From contig JBHLQM010000014.1 in the NCBI GenBank assembly GCA_048884785.1, positions 1 to 19,642 on the forward strand: 19,642 nucleotides of DNA. The letters are read 5' to 3'. Position 1 is the stretch's first letter; the number at the start of each line of letters is the position of its first letter. This document shows, piece by piece, positions 7,577-15,381 of this stretch. Origin of the DNA: Candidatus Thorarchaeota archaeon (GTDB lineage: Archaea; Asgardarchaeota; Thorarchaeia; Thorarchaeales; Thorarchaeaceae). The position numbers and the translations under genes were made by a program. The notes below the pieces were generated by a model that was given only the letters and a program-made list of their open reading frames with translations, had not been told where the DNA came from and did not search any database.

Positions 7577-9295
7577 CTGGTTCGGATTGCAATTCTGGAT
7601 GGATATGTAGATGAACCAACTGTATTAGGCGTTCCTCCTTACCTTAGTATGTACCCCCGATATGTGGCAGGAGCGATTTGGAAGCATGACCCTCAAGCCG
7701 AGGTAGTATACAGTACAATCGATCAAGTCAGACAGAGCTTTGACAATGCCATCAATCTATGGAGTACCTGCGATTTTGTCATCCTAATTGCAGGGATGAT
7801 TGTTCCTGGAAAATACATTGGTGGAACCCCAATTTCAGTCAGAGAAACTAAGACACTCTTCTCCGACGCTCGATTGGAATCCACGACATCAATTCTTGTT
7901 GGTCCATGGGCCAACTTTGGCTGTGGTCTTGAAGGGGGCAAGCTGGCAATGAGTTCTAGCTTATTATCGCCTCCACTAGACTTCATTATTGCTGGCGACC
8001 CTGAGATGGTAGTATCCAGTATTGCTACTGCGAATTGGTCTGTGGAGCAGGCAATACATCAGATCACTTCTGCATCTCCGGAGCAGATTCAGGAATTTGC
8101 TGTCCGTGGTGCTGGGATTGTCCATCAACATCCCGGAAAACAAAGAGGCTATCTTATAGCTGAAATAGAGACCTATAGGGGATGTCCCCGCTTCATAACC
8201 GGAGGATGCTCTTTCTGTGTCGAACCACTCTACGGAAACCCGCAGCAGAGACCTGCAACAGATATAGTGAGAGAGATTGAAGTACTCTACTCAACAGGTG
8301 TGCGTGCATTTCGAGTTGGAAAACAAGCAGATCTGTTTACGTATGGATCTAAGGAGATGGGCGATGAGGAATTTCCAACTCCTGACCCAGAGGTCATTGA
8401 GATGTTGTTCTCAAAGATTCGAACTGTCGCACCTGCATTGAATGTTCTGCATATCGATAATGTAAACCCTGGAACAATAGCTAGACACCCGGAAGAAAGC
8501 AGAGCAGTTGCTAAAGCGATTATGAAACATCATACAAGCGGAGATGTTGCGGCCTTCGGAGTGGAATCATTGGACCCTGAGGTCATTAAGCGGAATAATT
8601 TGAAGACTTCTCCGGAGGAATCTCTCGAAGCCATTCGTGTCCTAAATGAGGTTGGAGGGGCAAGAGAACCGTGGGGTTTGCCACATCTACTTCCAGGAAT
8701 TAATCTGCTCTATGGCCTGCCAGGAGAAACAAAGCGGACACTCGAACATAATATGGAGTTCCTACGACTTCTTGTAAATGAGGGGTTAGTTGTTAGGAGG
8801 ATTAACATTCGGCAAGTAATTGGTTTTGATAACACTCGGCTTAATGGGACCCATAGAAGTGCCCTCAAACGAAACCTGTTCTTCAAACATAAGGAACAGG
8901 TACGTGAAGAAATCGATACAGAGATGATCAAACGGGTCGCTCCGCCTGGAACCATTCTCAGAGGTGTTTTCATTGAGCACAGAGAAGGCAATAGCTACCT
9001 TCTTCGCCAGCTAGGAACATATCCCCTCCTTTGCCACATGCCTATAGGTCAAGATGTGCACGACCAATCAGATGTGGTCGTTATAGACCACGGACCGCGA
9101 TCACTCAAAGTACTACCACACCCTTTCATGCCCAATAGGGCATCAATTGCGCAATGGAAATCAATACCAGGAATTGGAGCAAAACGTGCCGTCCGAATCA
9201 AGGGAAAGGAATCCTACTCAGATATGGACGAACTTGAAGCTCAGCTTGATACCGAGCTGCCTGCATGGCTGAAACACTCCATTGATTTCTCTTAG
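7577..9295 (+). CDS. Radical SAM protein (COG1031-like) with C-terminal helix-hairpin-helix domain
   Basis: Cluster motif ETYRG-C-x7-C-SF-C, HIDNVNP, GINLLYGLPGET, RRINIRQV, and HhH SIPGIGAKRA. The in-frame conserved N-terminus (L)VRIAILDGYVDEPTVLGVPPYLS lies upstream of the ATG at 7649, so the start is placed at CTG 7577 (uncertain). Confidence 0.85.
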   Translation: MVRIAILDGYVDEPTVLGVPPYLSMYPRYVAGAIWKHDPQAEVVYSTIDQVRQSFDNAINLWSTCDFVILIAGMIVPGKYIGGTPISVRETKTLFSDARLESTTSILVGPWANFGCGLEGGKLAMSSSLLSPPLDFIIAGDPEMVVSSIATANWSVEQAIHQITSASPEQIQEFAVRGAGIVHQHPGKQRGYLIAEIETYRGCPRFITGGCSFCVEPLYGNPQQRPATDIVREIEVLYSTGVRAFRVGKQADLFTYGSKEMGDEEFPTPDPEVIEMLFSKIRTVAPALNVLHIDNVNPGTIARHPEESRAVAKAIMKHHTSGDVAAFGVESLDPEVIKRNNLKTSPEESLEAIRVLNEVGGAREPWGLPHLLPGINLLYGLPGETKRTLEHNMEFLRLLVNEGLVVRRINIRQVIGFDNTRLNGTHRSALKRNLFFKHKEQVREEIDTEMIKRVAPPGTILRGVFIEHREGNSYLLRQLGTYPLLCHMPIGQDVHDQSDVVVIDHGPRSLKVLPHPFMPNRASIAQWKSIPGIGAKRAVRIKGKESYSDMDELEAQLDTELPAWLKHSIDFS

Positions 9296-9345
9296 AATCT
9301 TCTAAGTATCAATAATCATTGCAGCAAGAACCCGGTCAAAAGGCA

Positions 9346-9451
9346 TGGCGGGCCCGGTGAGATTTGAACTCACGATCTCTAACTTAGAAGGCTAGCGCCC
9401 TATTTGTACCCCAAAGAAGACTCCCTTGGGTCCATACTAGGCAACGGGCCC
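9346..9451 (-). tRNA. tRNA-Arg(TCT) with a 28-nt D-loop intron (9404-9431), CCA encoded
   Basis: GGGCCCG...CGGGCCC-GCCA. Anticodon arm CTAGC-CTTCTAA-GTTAG, T-arm GTGAG-TTCAAAT-CTCAC. Removing 9404-9431 gives a normal 78-nt cloverleaf with D-loop AGTATGGATA. Confidence 0.93.
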
Positions 9452-9474
9452 CAATCTCTTCGACAGAAGTTCAG

Positions 9475-9489
9475 TCATAAACCTTTCCG
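9475..9489 (-). promoter_or_regulatory. BRE/TATA promoter of tRNA-Arg
   Basis: Minus strand CGGAAAG-GTTTATGA about 24 nt upstream of the tRNA start. Confidence 0.55.
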
Positions 9490-9781
9490 AGCGTCCTTTG
9501 TCATGCCTGTTCGACATCAGGTTTTCTGAGAATAATCAAACCACCTCTGGCTTCTTTTGACTTTTTTACTGCGACTTTCTTCTTCTCTGACAATTCGAGT
9601 ATCATCTCTGACTGTGTGTAGAACAAGGAACCTCTTTCCATTGATTTATACCAATTGCAATCACACGGTTCTCTAGAGTTCCAATGACCTTTCTTAAAGA
9701 TGCTCGTCACTCATGAAGAAGCATGTCAAAGGCAAGGCTGAAGTCGACCACTGCAAGAACATTGTTTTCCTTTTGCAATAT

Positions 9782-10546
9782 TCATCTTCGTCTAAGGAAG
9801 ACGATTGCTAGCACTATGATAGCTACAGCAGCACTGCCTCCTATGACAATCAGCTCCCAGGGCAACTCTGTTGATGGTGGTACAACCTCTTCAACAACGA
9901 CGTTGTCAATCGCAGCACCAGCAACATTGTAGCAGTAGAACTCGAGATAAGTGGAGGTTGTGACACCATTGTAGGTAAAGTCAGCTTCGAGAGTTCCATT
10001 AAAATAGACCAAGAATCGGCCATCGCTATTCCTGCTTACAACAATGTGATGCCATCCTTGTAATGGATCCCTAGTGATACTTTTTTGAATATCAGAACCT
10101 GATCCTTTCATTGTCCAAGCAATAAAAGTCGCAGAATGAGAAGTTGATCGCTTCCAAGCTCCAACAGCTATGAAATCGGAGGGGTACGTCGGGATTTGTC
10201 TGGATCCATTGGACATGATATAGACATACATGGCCCAGTCTTCATATTCATTGTTTGGTACAAACATATCGAAACTCCAATTCCCTACATTGACTATACT
10301 ATTGTGTCTGGCAAAGTTCATATCATCATCAAGTACCTTCAGAGTGAAATCTGCAGCTGAGAAGTTACCTGGGTCTTTAACCGATGTCACTAAGTTTTCA
10401 TATTTAAATAGGGTCCAGCCATCCAAAACACCATCATCGAAGTTGTCCTCCCAGATGACCGTCGCTTCTGAAGTTGTTGTGCACACTGAGATGCAAAGAG
10501 CAAACATTGTGAATCCTGCAATCAGGTGCATCCGTCTTGTTTTCAT
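9782..10546 (-). CDS. Secreted, membrane-anchored LamG/concanavalin A-like beta-sandwich protein
   Basis: Signal peptide, WEDNFDDG..DGW, GWHHIVVSR..DG.F.VYFNG and IDNVVV motifs, C-terminal TM helix ending RRR. Confidence 0.75.
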   Translation of the reverse strand: MKTRRMHLIAGFTMFALCISVCTTTSEATVIWEDNFDDGVLDGWTLFKYENLVTSVKDPGNFSAADFTLKVLDDDMNFARHNSIVNVGNWSFDMFVPNNEYEDWAMYVYIMSNGSRQIPTYPSDFIAVGAWKRSTSHSATFIAWTMKGSGSDIQKSITRDPLQGWHHIVVSRNSDGRFLVYFNGTLEADFTYNGVTTSTYLEFYCYNVAGAAIDNVVVEEVVPPSTELPWELIVIGGSAAVAIIVLAIVFLRRR

Positions 10547-10794
10547 CTATTATATCTCCCATTCACGTGGCCACATTAAAACAAGCCATAGCTTTCTAAT
10601 AAGATTTCCATTTAATAGAATAAGCTCAAATTTTCATAAAATTATGATGAATCAAATGACTGATAAAGTGTGATACGACCACCACATAACAAAGAGGAGG
10701 CCGAGGACTCTAGTCCCCGGGAGCGGAGATGTGTGTGAAACCATCGTTTCCACTCACTAGTAGGTTTCGTGTTTCCGATTTAAGGTGCTATGAG

Positions 10795-11043
10795 TCATGC
10801 CAACACAAATGATGGTGGATATAGCACAAAATACTGGACTACTATAGATAGGATTATTCCGCTCGCCACAAGACCTTTTCCTCGACCAGAGTTTACATCC
10901 GTAAACCACAGTATTGCTCCCACAAGAACGATGATTATTCCCGATACTGTTCCTATGAAGATCAGAAAGTCCCAAATCTCAGCAAAATAGATGGTAATCA
11001 TAGCTATAAAGTCTGTTAGTGGGCTGAGTGACCTAATTGGCAA
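10795..11043 (-). CDS. Small membrane protein (2 hydrophobic helices, pilin-like architecture)
   Basis: 82 aa, TTG start after GGTGA SD. Two hydrophobic segments are separated by TDVNSGRGKG. Confidence 0.65.
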   Translation of the reverse strand: MPIRSLSPLTDFIAMITIYFAEIWDFLIFIGTVSGIIIVLVGAILWFTDVNSGRGKGLVASGIILSIVVQYFVLYPPSFVLA

Positions 11044-11106
11044 TACACTTCACCATGCATTCATTCTGAGAGAGCAATTTAAACTCGTGAAAGGAAGACT
11101 GCTCCA

Positions 11107-11166
11107 GAAAAAAGCTTTATATATTTGCAAAGTACTTTGCTATACAGAGTACTTTACATAAAAGGT
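11107..11166 (+). promoter_or_regulatory. BRE/TATA promoter followed by a palindromic operator array
   Basis: GAAAAAAGC-TTTATATA (TATA 11116-11123), perfect palindrome GCAAAGTACTTTGC (11127-11140), and AGTACTTT repeated at 11131 and 11148. Confidence 0.7.
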
Positions 11167-11173
11167 GCGATTA

Positions 11174-11806
11174 ATGAATGAAGAAATCGATTTGGTGAGA
11201 CTAGAACAAGCAACGTTTAGGACAGCTAACCAGGACGGCCTCACAGAATTATGGATGGGCCTAATGATACTGGCAATAGCTCTCGTGCTAGTCCAAGCTG
11301 CTTTTGCGGCTACTGTAGCCTTTCTAATCCTTTATCAGGCTGTACTTAATGAGAAAATTAAGGAAAAATACACCTATCCACGGATTGGAAAAGTCAAGCT
11401 TCGAAACGAGAAAGAAATGCCATCTGGCTATGGATGGCTCATTGTTGTAGCATTAATGATTCCAGCGCTAGCAGCTGTCGTTTTTTCACAGAGAATTGAA
11501 AATGATCTACTACTCTTGATAGCAAACTTGGCTCCGGTTTTGGTAGGGATTGGCCTAGTTCCACCGGCGGCTTATTTGGTTGAGAGATCAGGTCTGAGGA
11601 GCTACTATGGAATTGGGGCAATTGCCGTCATTCTTAGTGGAATACTAGTTCTGGTCGAGTTCTCTACTCCAGCGTACAGAATGGTGTCTTACTTGGCTCT
11701 GGTTGGTGCCCTGTTTGTTCTGACCGGCATACTAAGTCTATTTCGATTTGTGAGGAAATATCCTATTCTTGAGGTGGAGGAAATGAGCGATGAACCGGGA
11801 GCATGA
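11174..11806 (+). CDS. Hypothetical integral membrane protein (about 6 TM)
   Basis: SD AGGTG then ATG 11174. DGL.E...G and KEKYTYPRIGKVK motifs. Overlaps the downstream HTH gene by 17 nt. Confidence 0.8.
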   Translation: MNEEIDLVRLEQATFRTANQDGLTELWMGLMILAIALVLVQAAFAATVAFLILYQAVLNEKIKEKYTYPRIGKVKLRNEKEMPSGYGWLIVVALMIPALAAVVFSQRIENDLLLLIANLAPVLVGIGLVPPAAYLVERSGLRSYYGIGAIAVILSGILVLVEFSTPAYRMVSYLALVGALFVLTGILSLFRFVRKYPILEVEEMSDEPGA

Positions 11807-12098
11807 AAGGAATGAGGGCTCAGAGTTAGACAGGATTATCCATGAACCATCGCGGCTCAAGATAATTGCCCAGCTCTATGTGGTGGAATCTGCGGATTAC
11901 ACCTTCCTCATGAAGCAACTTGACTTTACCTGGGGAAATCTATCTTCACACATAGCCAAGTTGGAGAATGCTGGCTATATAGAAGTGACAAAGGAATTTG
12001 TGAACAAGAAACCTCTATCAACAGTGAAATTGACCAAAGAGGGGAGAAGAGCCTTCGAGCAATATCGCGAAAACATCAAGCAAATGCTGGATGTATAA
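11790..12098 (+). CDS. Winged-helix transcriptional regulator (ArsR/MarR-like, HTH_34 type)
   Basis: LDRIIHEPSRLKI...TWGNLSSHIAKLENAGYI..TK.F..KKP...LTKEGRRAF. SD GAGGTGGAGG. Confidence 0.9.
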   Translation: MNREHERNEGSELDRIIHEPSRLKIIAQLYVVESADYTFLMKQLDFTWGNLSSHIAKLENAGYIEVTKEFVNKKPLSTVKLTKEGRRAFEQYRENIKQMLDV

Positions 12099-12119
12099 AT
12101 CCCCCGAGGGGTAGGTATA

Positions 12120-12902
12120 CTACTTGCCCCTCAAACCCTCACAGAATGCAAGAACGTTTTTTCCGAGGTCTTCGAAATTATATCCTCCCTCGAGGATGCC
12201 AAAACACTTTCCTCCGCATCGTTCTTCAGCAAATTCATGTATCATACGTCCAATATCACCAAACGCCTTTGTTGAAAGATTCGCTCCCCAATCATCGGCA
12301 TACTGGTCAAAACCTGCTGAGGCGGCTATGACATCATATTCAGGGGCTTTTTTGAGTGCAGCCTTTACATCGTTCAGGAATGATTCATCTCCCCGACCGC
12401 TTGGGTTGTGAATTGAGAAGTATTTCTTATTGCCTAGAATATTGATTGTTCCATCTCCTACATGAAGGTCGAAATCTAATACAAACGCTGAATCAATAAG
12501 CCCTCGTGCTTTTAGCGACAGGATTGCGATTGCCATGTTGGAGTAATAGCAGAACCCCCAATAGCTATTTCGAGATGAGTGGTGGCCCGGAGGCCTGATC
12601 AAACCAAATGCAGGCTCTCCAGAGAGCGAGAGTTCGGCAGTAAGAATGGCTCCCCCTGCTGCAAGACGGGCCATTTGTTCAAGCAAACCTTCTCTCCTCG
12701 AATCGCTATCTGCTTTAACTCTCAGAATATGCCGCTCCGAGTGAGCTCGAATAATATCCTCATCATTCGCAGGTTTAGGCTCAACAAATACATAATCACG
12801 CCGCTTTGACAGAATCTCTAATGCAGAATCCAACCTACCTTTGGCCCCTGCAGGGGTTCTGTCATAGCTCTCCAACATCAGAGGATGATAAACGATTTTC
12901 AC
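12120..12902 (-). CDS. Histone deacetylase-family (Zn-dependent) deacetylase
   Basis: RPPGHH, GFCYYSN, LDFDLHVGDGT, SAGFD, LEGGY. GTG start. Confidence 0.92.
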   Translation of the reverse strand: MKIVYHPLMLESYDRTPAGAKGRLDSALEILSKRRDYVFVEPKPANDEDIIRAHSERHILRVKADSDSRREGLLEQMARLAAGGAILTAELSLSGEPAFGLIRPPGHHSSRNSYWGFCYYSNMAIAILSLKARGLIDSAFVLDFDLHVGDGTINILGNKKYFSIHNPSGRGDESFLNDVKAALKKAPEYDVIAASAGFDQYADDWGANLSTKAFGDIGRMIHEFAEERCGGKCFGILEGGYNFEDLGKNVLAFCEGLRGK

Positions 12903-13007
12903 AAATCATACAATGGCCTTTCCAACTTTTGTTTCTGTTGGCTCTTCGATTGCACCAATTATGATTAGATTTTAAAGACACAGCGTTCTGCAAATTGAGG
13001 ACTTGAT

Positions 13008-13931
13008 ATGAAACTATCAAGAAACGGATTCATTCGGGCCCGGAATTTTATCATGAATAATGCTCGGCCCTTGGACCAGAGTTTATTCAGATACCACTTC
13101 GAGAATGGATCAAAGGAAGATGTAATGGAGGAACTCTCAAAGTTCCAGAATCCTGATGGAGGATTTGGGCATGGGATTGAACCCGACCTTAGACTCAGTG
13201 CATCATCTCCTTTTGCCACGTCTGTTGGCCTTCAATACTACATTGAGGCCAATGGAGATGCTGAAAGTGACATGGTGAAGATGGCAATCGAATATCTTGT
13301 GTCGACTTATGACGCTGAAAATGACTTCTGGCCCTTTACGTTTCTTGATGTGAATGATGAGGCGCACGCACCTTGGTGGCACCTAGAGAAGATAGAGCCT
13401 CCAAAAGATGATAGATGGGCAAATCCAAGTGCAGAGATTGCGGGATATCTCGCAAGATACAGTCATTATGTGCCGAAGGAAATTCTGGCAAATGTGAATC
13501 GTCGGGTAAACGCCATTTTGAATCAGAGTGAAGACATTGTTGGATCACTGTATGGCTTCTTGTGTTGGCACCGAGTACGGAACTTCTTTCCAGAACCTAT
13601 CAGGTCGGAGCTTGTAAGGAAACTAGGAAGAACAATCGATCGAATTGTTCCTACTCTGGCTGAGAACATGGGAGAGATTCGAATATTCTGGCTTGTAAGC
13701 GATACCAATAGCCTACTTCTCTCTCACCCCGAATTTGTTTATCGAATGCTGGAAAAAGAAATCGGGCTGCAAGCCGAAGATGGTGGTTGGTGGCCTACAT
13801 GGAAATGGATGCAGTATGAAGAGGTATGGCCAATTGCAGAGAAGGAGTGGGCTGGAAGAATGACGTATGCTTGTCTAAGAACATTGAGAGCGCTCAATCT
13901 CAATAATAGACTGATTGAACAATTCGAATAA
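13008..13931 (+). CDS. Conserved protein with prenyltransferase/squalene-cyclase-like repeats
   Basis: FQNPDGGFGHGIEPD, HAPWW, NPSAEIAG and QAEDGGW (QW-like motifs). SD GAGG. Confidence 0.7.
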   Translation: MKLSRNGFIRARNFIMNNARPLDQSLFRYHFENGSKEDVMEELSKFQNPDGGFGHGIEPDLRLSASSPFATSVGLQYYIEANGDAESDMVKMAIEYLVSTYDAENDFWPFTFLDVNDEAHAPWWHLEKIEPPKDDRWANPSAEIAGYLARYSHYVPKEILANVNRRVNAILNQSEDIVGSLYGFLCWHRVRNFFPEPIRSELVRKLGRTIDRIVPTLAENMGEIRIFWLVSDTNSLLLSHPEFVYRMLEKEIGLQAEDGGWWPTWKWMQYEEVWPIAEKEWAGRMTYACLRTLRALNLNNRLIEQFE

Positions 13932-13941
13932 AATAGAACTA

Positions 13942-13974
13942 GTGGGCAGTCAGGTTTGCTACCTGTCTGCCCGC
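13942..13974. terminator. GC-rich hairpin between convergent genes
   Basis: GTGGGCAG-T-CAGGT-TTGCT-ACCTG-T-CTGCCCGC. Confidence 0.55.
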
Positions 13975-14019
13975 ATATGCTAGAAAGAAATGCATAAGGA
14001 CAAAGAGTCCGGGGCTGGT

Positions 14020-14334
14020 CTAACCGAAAAGGCTGCCAAGTCCTGCGACTTCTTCTTCCTCTTTCTCTTCTTCCTTCTTCTTCTTTTCCTCTTTTGCAGG
14101 AGCTGCCTCTGCCTTGCCACCAGCTGCTGCTGCTGCTGCTGGAGCTGCGACGGGCATTGCGGCGGCACTCTTTAGTGCCTCATCAATGTCAACGCCTTCG
14201 AGGGCTGCTAGCAAAGCCTTTACTCTACCCTTGTCTGGAGTCACACCGGCTGCGGTGAGAACTTCTTCCATCTTCTTGGCTGTAAGGCTCTGGCCTGCTT
14301 TGTGGAGCAGAAGTGCTGTATATACGTACTCCAT
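14020..14334 (-). CDS. rpl12: 50S ribosomal stalk protein P1 (aL12)
   Basis: [11 protein letters not shown], Ala-rich hinge, [15 protein letters not shown]-terminus. Confidence 0.98.
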   Translation of the reverse strand: MEYVYTALLLHKAGQSLTAKKMEEVLTAAGVTPDKGRVKALLAALEGVDIDEALKSAAAMPVAAPAAAAAAGGKAEAAPAKEEKKKKEEEKEEEEVAGLGSLFG

Positions 14335-14355
14335 CTTTGTTACCTCTGTATATTA

Positions 14356-15369
14356 TTATCCAAACAGGCCGCCTAGGCCTGCTACTGCCTCTTCTTCTTC
14401 CTCTTCCTCAGGTTCATCTTTGGTTGGAGATGAATCACTAACTGGAGCTGTTGCAGATGCTGCGGCAGCTGCCTGAACCTGTCCGAGGACATCAGAAGGT
14501 ATTGCATTCGGGTCCTTCTCAGATACGACTGATGCTAATGCGAAAGCCTCAGTGGTCGCCTTGGTGAGAAACTCATTGAGTAGGTCTGGAGTGAAGAACC
14601 CAATGTATAGAGCTAAGTTCTTTGACTCCATGTGCGCCTTGGCGATGATTAGAGGAATTGTTTCGTCAGTCGGATAACCTGAGTTCACCGATAGGTTGAT
14701 TGCATACTGATGACCGAGAATCACCTGGTCGAGCAAGCTTTCCAAATCGATCTCAAAGCTCTCTGTTGCCATCACAGTCCCATCAGAATAGGCTGCGACT
14801 AGTTTGAGCTGAAGTTCCATTGGCTCGATTCCCAGTCTTGTGAGCATCTGAGCCATTGCATTTGAGATGACTTCACCCTGTTTGACTGCAACAGTATCTG
14901 CGATGACATGAATTACACCACCCTTTACTCGTGAAGGGATTTTCAGAGCTGCCAGTTCGCTGATGAATGGTCCTGGTGCAACACCAGTGTTCATCTCAGG
15001 AATGATGATGTCTTTTGGTGCAATCTGTCCTCCTTTGGCAGGTGCTGCTGTCTTATTCTCTCTGAGGAACTTGCTGAGAACGAACGGATCTTGTTCACTG
15101 AATATGAAGGCAATTGGACCTCTAACATAGTGCTTGAGTTCCTCAATTCCTTTCAGTCCGGCGTTTTCTATTGCCCTTATCATCAATGTATTGCGTGCCA
15201 TGACCATTCTTGCTGAGCCTCTGAGTGCATTTCTTATGCCTTGAAGCTGTCTGGCTCCGACACCCTCCACATTGATCAGTCCAACCATCTTGCTTTCTTT
15301 GAAAGTCTTGATCAGATTATCTACAGCATCAATCTTCCATTGAGGGATATGACGCTCATAAACACTCAT
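14356..15369 (-). CDS. rpl10: 50S ribosomal protein uL10 (P0)
   Basis: IPQWK, QLQGIR..LRG, RNTL, NTGVAPGP, EEEEAVAGLGGLFG. SD GAGGTGA. Confidence 0.98.
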   Translation of the reverse strand: MSVYERHIPQWKIDAVDNLIKTFKESKMVGLINVEGVGARQLQGIRNALRGSARMVMARNTLMIRAIENAGLKGIEELKHYVRGPIAFIFSEQDPFVLSKFLRENKTAAPAKGGQIAPKDIIIPEMNTGVAPGPFISELAALKIPSRVKGGVIHVIADTVAVKQGEVISNAMAQMLTRLGIEPMELQLKLVAAYSDGTVMATESFEIDLESLLDQVILGHQYAINLSVNSGYPTDETIPLIIAKAHMESKNLALYIGFFTPDLLNEFLTKATTEAFALASVVSEKDPNAIPSDVLGQVQAAAAASATAPVSDSSPTKDEPEEEEEEEAVAGLGGLFG

Positions 15370-15381
15370 CCATTTTCACCT

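Noticed and set aside
9291-9307. Palindrome CTTAGAA-TC-TTCTAAG resembling the tRNA-Arg anticodon loop
   Set aside because: Short AT-rich match at a convergent gene end. Chance or a simple terminator hairpin explains it.
9501-9710. 69-aa minus-strand ORF as a real gene
   Set aside because: No clear SD and no recognisable motif. Kept only as possible pseudogene debris.
10644-10704. Possible C/D box sRNA (ATGATGA at 10644, CTGA at 10660)
   Set aside because: Guide spacings (9 nt and about 27 nt) and the C'/D boxes fit the archaeal pattern poorly.
10690-10797. SECIS-directed Sec readthrough of the TGA ending the 82-aa ORF
   Set aside because: The downstream hairpins lack a recognisable SECIS core, and readthrough would add only a few residues.
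14020-14410. Similar sequence at the 3' ends of rpl12 and rpl10
   Set aside because: Well-known shared C-terminal factor-binding motif of archaeal stalk proteins.
13980-14476. Poly-Gln, poly-Cys and poly-Ala/Ser ORFs and GCT/TCT triplet runs
   Set aside because: Alternative-frame shadows of the Ala-rich hinge and Glu/Lys tails of P1 and P0, not independent genes or a repeat array.
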